This document shows, piece by piece, positions 61,405 through 64,000 of a stretch of DNA of 64,000 nt. Source of the stretch: Candidatus Fermentibacteraceae bacterium (GTDB lineage Bacteria; Fermentibacterota; Fermentibacteria; Fermentibacterales; JCC-6); the NCBI GenBank assembly GCA_041750285.1, contig JBGSZS010000002.1, positions 1 through 64,000 on the forward strand, read 5' to 3'. The translations under genes were made by a program, and so were the position numbers. Position 1 is the first letter of the stretch, and each line of letters opens with the position of its first letter. The notes under the pieces were generated by a model, which saw only the letters and a list, made by a program, of their open reading frames with translations, was not told the origin of the DNA and made no database searches.

Positions 61405-62865
61405 ATGAAGATCGTACTTTTAACAATGCCCGCGACCTGGGAACAGGATCAGCACGATTTCATGAACCAGCGCATTTCTCCGTTCCGCTGGCTCAGGATC
61501 AAGCCCCTTGTGAACGTGGTTCCCTCGCCGTCCCTTCTTTACCTGGCGCCTTACGTGATTTCCGACGGTCATGATGTCGCTTACCTCGAAGGGCTGTTCC
61601 ACAGCTATGAGAGAGCCCTGGAGAAGCTTCGTGACCTGAAACCCGAGATTCTGGGAGTCACGATTACCAGTGTTGACTGGGAGAACTCACGCTGGATGCT
61701 CAACGAGTTGAAAAGGGAGTTTCCCGATACGATTTTCGTCGCCGGCGGCATACACCCCACGCTCTGGGGAGAACGGTGCCTTGAAGAGTGCGCCGGACTG
61801 GACTTTCTGGTTTACGGCGAAGGCGAACACACGTTCAGGGAACTGGTGCAAACCCTGTCTGAAGGGGCTTCCCCCGGGGAAGTCAGGGGAATAATCTACA
61901 GAGATGGTGCCGGGATACGTCGAACCCCTCCAAGACCGGTGGTGGAAGACATCGACACACTGCCGTTTCCCGCCCACCAGCTAGCTCCGGCTTCGGATTA
62001 CCTTCCTTCCCCCACCTTCTACAACCGCCTTCCCCACGCCAACATCATCGGAGCCAGGGGCTGCCCGTACGAGTGCATATTCTGCCACACGGACAGGCAC
62101 ACGAGAATGCGTACCGCGGGAAACATCGCAGATGAGATACAGTGGCTGGTGGAGAACCAGGGCGTTCGGGACATAGCCTTCTGGGATGACACGTTCACCC
62201 TTTCCGCGGAAAGGGTTGACGCGTTCTGTAATGAGATCGAGAAGCGCCATCTGGACGTGGACTGGGCTGTTAACGCCAGGGTGGACAGGGTCACCGAGGG
62301 AATGCTCAGGCGGATGAAGAAGGCCGGATGCTGGAGGATCCTGTTCGGAATCGAAAGCGGGGTTCAGAAGAACCTCGACACTCTGAAGAAGAGGACGACG
62401 CTCGACCAGATCCGCAGGGCCGTGAGCGCAACAAGCGCTCTGGGAATGGAAGCTTACGGCACCTTCATGTTCGGCATTCCCGGCGAGACCTTCGAAGAAG
62501 GGCTGGCCACGATTGACTTCGCCTGTTCACTCGACCTCGACTATGCCGTCTTCGTGAACCTTACGCCTCTTCCCGGAAGCGAAGTCTACAATGATCTCCT
62601 TGCGGGAAGGATCAAGCCCTCCAAGTTCGCCCGGGACAGGTTCAACTTCAAGAACGTCTCGTTCGTTCCCGAGGGCATGACCGAGGACCAGATAAGGTTC
62701 CTGATACAGGAAGGCCACCGGAGGTTCTACATGAGGCCGAAACTGGTCTGGAAAAAGATCAGGCGAATGCGAAGCCTGCTCGACCTGAGAAAGTACATCA
62801 ACGGATTCTCCCTGATCGCCACCGCAAAATACATGAAGAGGCCGCTGGAGCCTCAACTCCATTGA
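61405..62865 (+). CDS. B12-binding domain radical SAM enzyme
   Basis: GGIHPT, GEGE, ARGCPYECIFC, GIESG, GIPGET. Confidence 0.9.
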   Translation: MKIVLLTMPATWEQDQHDFMNQRISPFRWLRIKPLVNVVPSPSLLYLAPYVISDGHDVAYLEGLFHSYERALEKLRDLKPEILGVTITSVDWENSRWMLNELKREFPDTIFVAGGIHPTLWGERCLEECAGLDFLVYGEGEHTFRELVQTLSEGASPGEVRGIIYRDGAGIRRTPPRPVVEDIDTLPFPAHQLAPASDYLPSPTFYNRLPHANIIGARGCPYECIFCHTDRHTRMRTAGNIADEIQWLVENQGVRDIAFWDDTFTLSAERVDAFCNEIEKRHLDVDWAVNARVDRVTEGMLRRMKKAGCWRILFGIESGVQKNLDTLKKRTTLDQIRRAVSATSALGMEAYGTFMFGIPGETFEEGLATIDFACSLDLDYAVFVNLTPLPGSEVYNDLLAGRIKPSKFARDRFNFKNVSFVPEGMTEDQIRFLIQEGHRRFYMRPKLVWKKIRRMRSLLDLRKYINGFSLIATAKYMKRPLEPQLH

Positions 62866-64000
62866 TCGAACTAACCCTGATCAGACCGCCGGTGGTTCAC
62901 CTGAAGGCGGATTTCTACGGCAGCATTCCGGGAATCCCCTCAGGTCTCGCATACCTGGCGGCATCGACAAGAGACGCCGGCTATCCCGTTAAGATAGTTG
63001 ATGCCTACGGCCTGAATCCCCACCGTTTCTACACTTTCCGCAACCGCTACAGGGCGAGGGGCCTGACCCCATCCGAGACTGCCCGGCTCACACCATCCGG
63101 TGCCGTGGCGGGGGTGAGCGTGCATTGCGCAGGCGAACACTCCATGGCCTGTGCCATCGTGAGGGAACTCAAGGCTTCCAAACCACATAGGCCGGTGGTG
63201 GTGGGAGGGTACCACTCCACCTTCGTTCCGGGTGACTTCATTGCCGCAGGGGCTGACTATGTGATCATGGGCGAGGGGGAGAGACGGCTTCCGGCTCTTC
63301 TCTCCCGTATCGAACGGGGCGAAGGGATCGAAGGGCTCGAAGGGGTGGCGTTCAGGGGGGGCATCGTCGACCGCAGAACGAAGTACACCGTCAACCTCGA
63401 CAGCATGCCTTTCGCCGCGGTGGACCTGCTGCCTCTCGAGAACTACTGGAAACTTGGATACGGACACGGGCCCGTGATGCGGAACGTACGTTACATGAAC
63501 ATCCTCACCTCGCGGGGCTGTCCGTACAAGTGCTCGTTCTGCCAGGCTCCCGAGATGAGCGGCGGGCACTGGCTCGCCAAAAGCGCCGACAGGGTCCTCG
63601 AGGAGATACGCTGGCACATGGACACCTATGGGGTGAGGGACTTTCACATTCAGGACGAGAACTTCGCGGTGAACCGGAAAAGGGTTGAGGACATCTGCAG
63701 GGGCATAATCGAAGCTGATTGCGACATCACCTTCTGCTTTCCATCAGGGTTGAAGATGGAGACCCTCGACGGTGAACTTCTTCGGCTTCTGTCGAGTGCG
63801 GGCATGCGGTACTTTTCCCTCTCCCCCGAGTCGGGTTCCCGCAGGGTCCTCGAGCTGATGAACAAGACCGCCGACATCGACCGGGTTCCCGGGCTTGTAA
63901 AGACAGCCTCATCCCTCGGGGTTTCCACCTGCTGTTTCTTCGTGGCGGGAACTCCGGGCGAGAGCGCCAAAGACCGTCACGATACGAGACGTTACATAAG
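62862..64000 (+). CDS. B12-binding domain radical SAM enzyme, partial (runs off window; not in ORF track)
   Basis: TTG start overlapping the upstream stop; manual translation gives PSGLAYLAA, GGYHST, GEGE, TSRGCPYKCSFC, PESGS, GTPGE. Confidence 0.88.
   Translation, partial: MIELTLIRPPVVHLKADFYGSIPGIPSGLAYLAASTRDAGYPVKIVDAYGLNPHRFYTFRNRYRARGLTPSETARLTPSGAVAGVSVHCAGEHSMACAIVRELKASKPHRPVVVGGYHSTFVPGDFIAAGADYVIMGEGERRLPALLSRIERGEGIEGLEGVAFRGGIVDRRTKYTVNLDSMPFAAVDLLPLENYWKLGYGHGPVMRNVRYMNILTSRGCPYKCSFCQAPEMSGGHWLAKSADRVLEEIRWHMDTYGVRDFHIQDENFAVNRKRVEDICRGIIEADCDITFCFPSGLKMETLDGELLRLLSSAGMRYFSLSPESGSRRVLELMNKTADIDRVPGLVKTASSLGVSTCCFFVAGTPGESAKDRHDTRRYI

Overview
Bacterial chromosome window, mostly GC-rich, probably from an anaerobe (class III RNR, several B12-dependent radical SAM enzymes). 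The 16S has unusual signatures, so the lineage is likely little studied; I cannot assign taxonomy without a search. The left ~18.7 kb is a genomic island whose right end sits at the 3' end of tRNA-Glu. It carries a partial C-type lectin gene, a RadC/JAB + resolvase pair behind a ~113-bp tandem duplication, a tandem DUF1566 lipoprotein, a defence cluster (GmrSD-type nuclease, PLD-SNF2 helicase, N6-adenine methyltransferase, HEPN-motif protein) and two tandem large serine recombinases. The second recombinase ends inside the antisense strand of tRNA-Glu. The rest is core-like: tRNA-Lys, birA, PIN-PhoH, a complete rrn operon (16S-Ile-Ala-23S-5S), nrdD/nrdG with NrdR boxes, glnS, asnB, trmFO, clpB and a B12-radical-SAM/glycosyltransferase cluster that runs off the right edge. 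The most notable hidden feature is a split class III ribonucleotide reductase. The large NrdD lacks the glycyl-radical loop, which is encoded by a separate 50-aa gene (38479-38631) absent from the ORF track.
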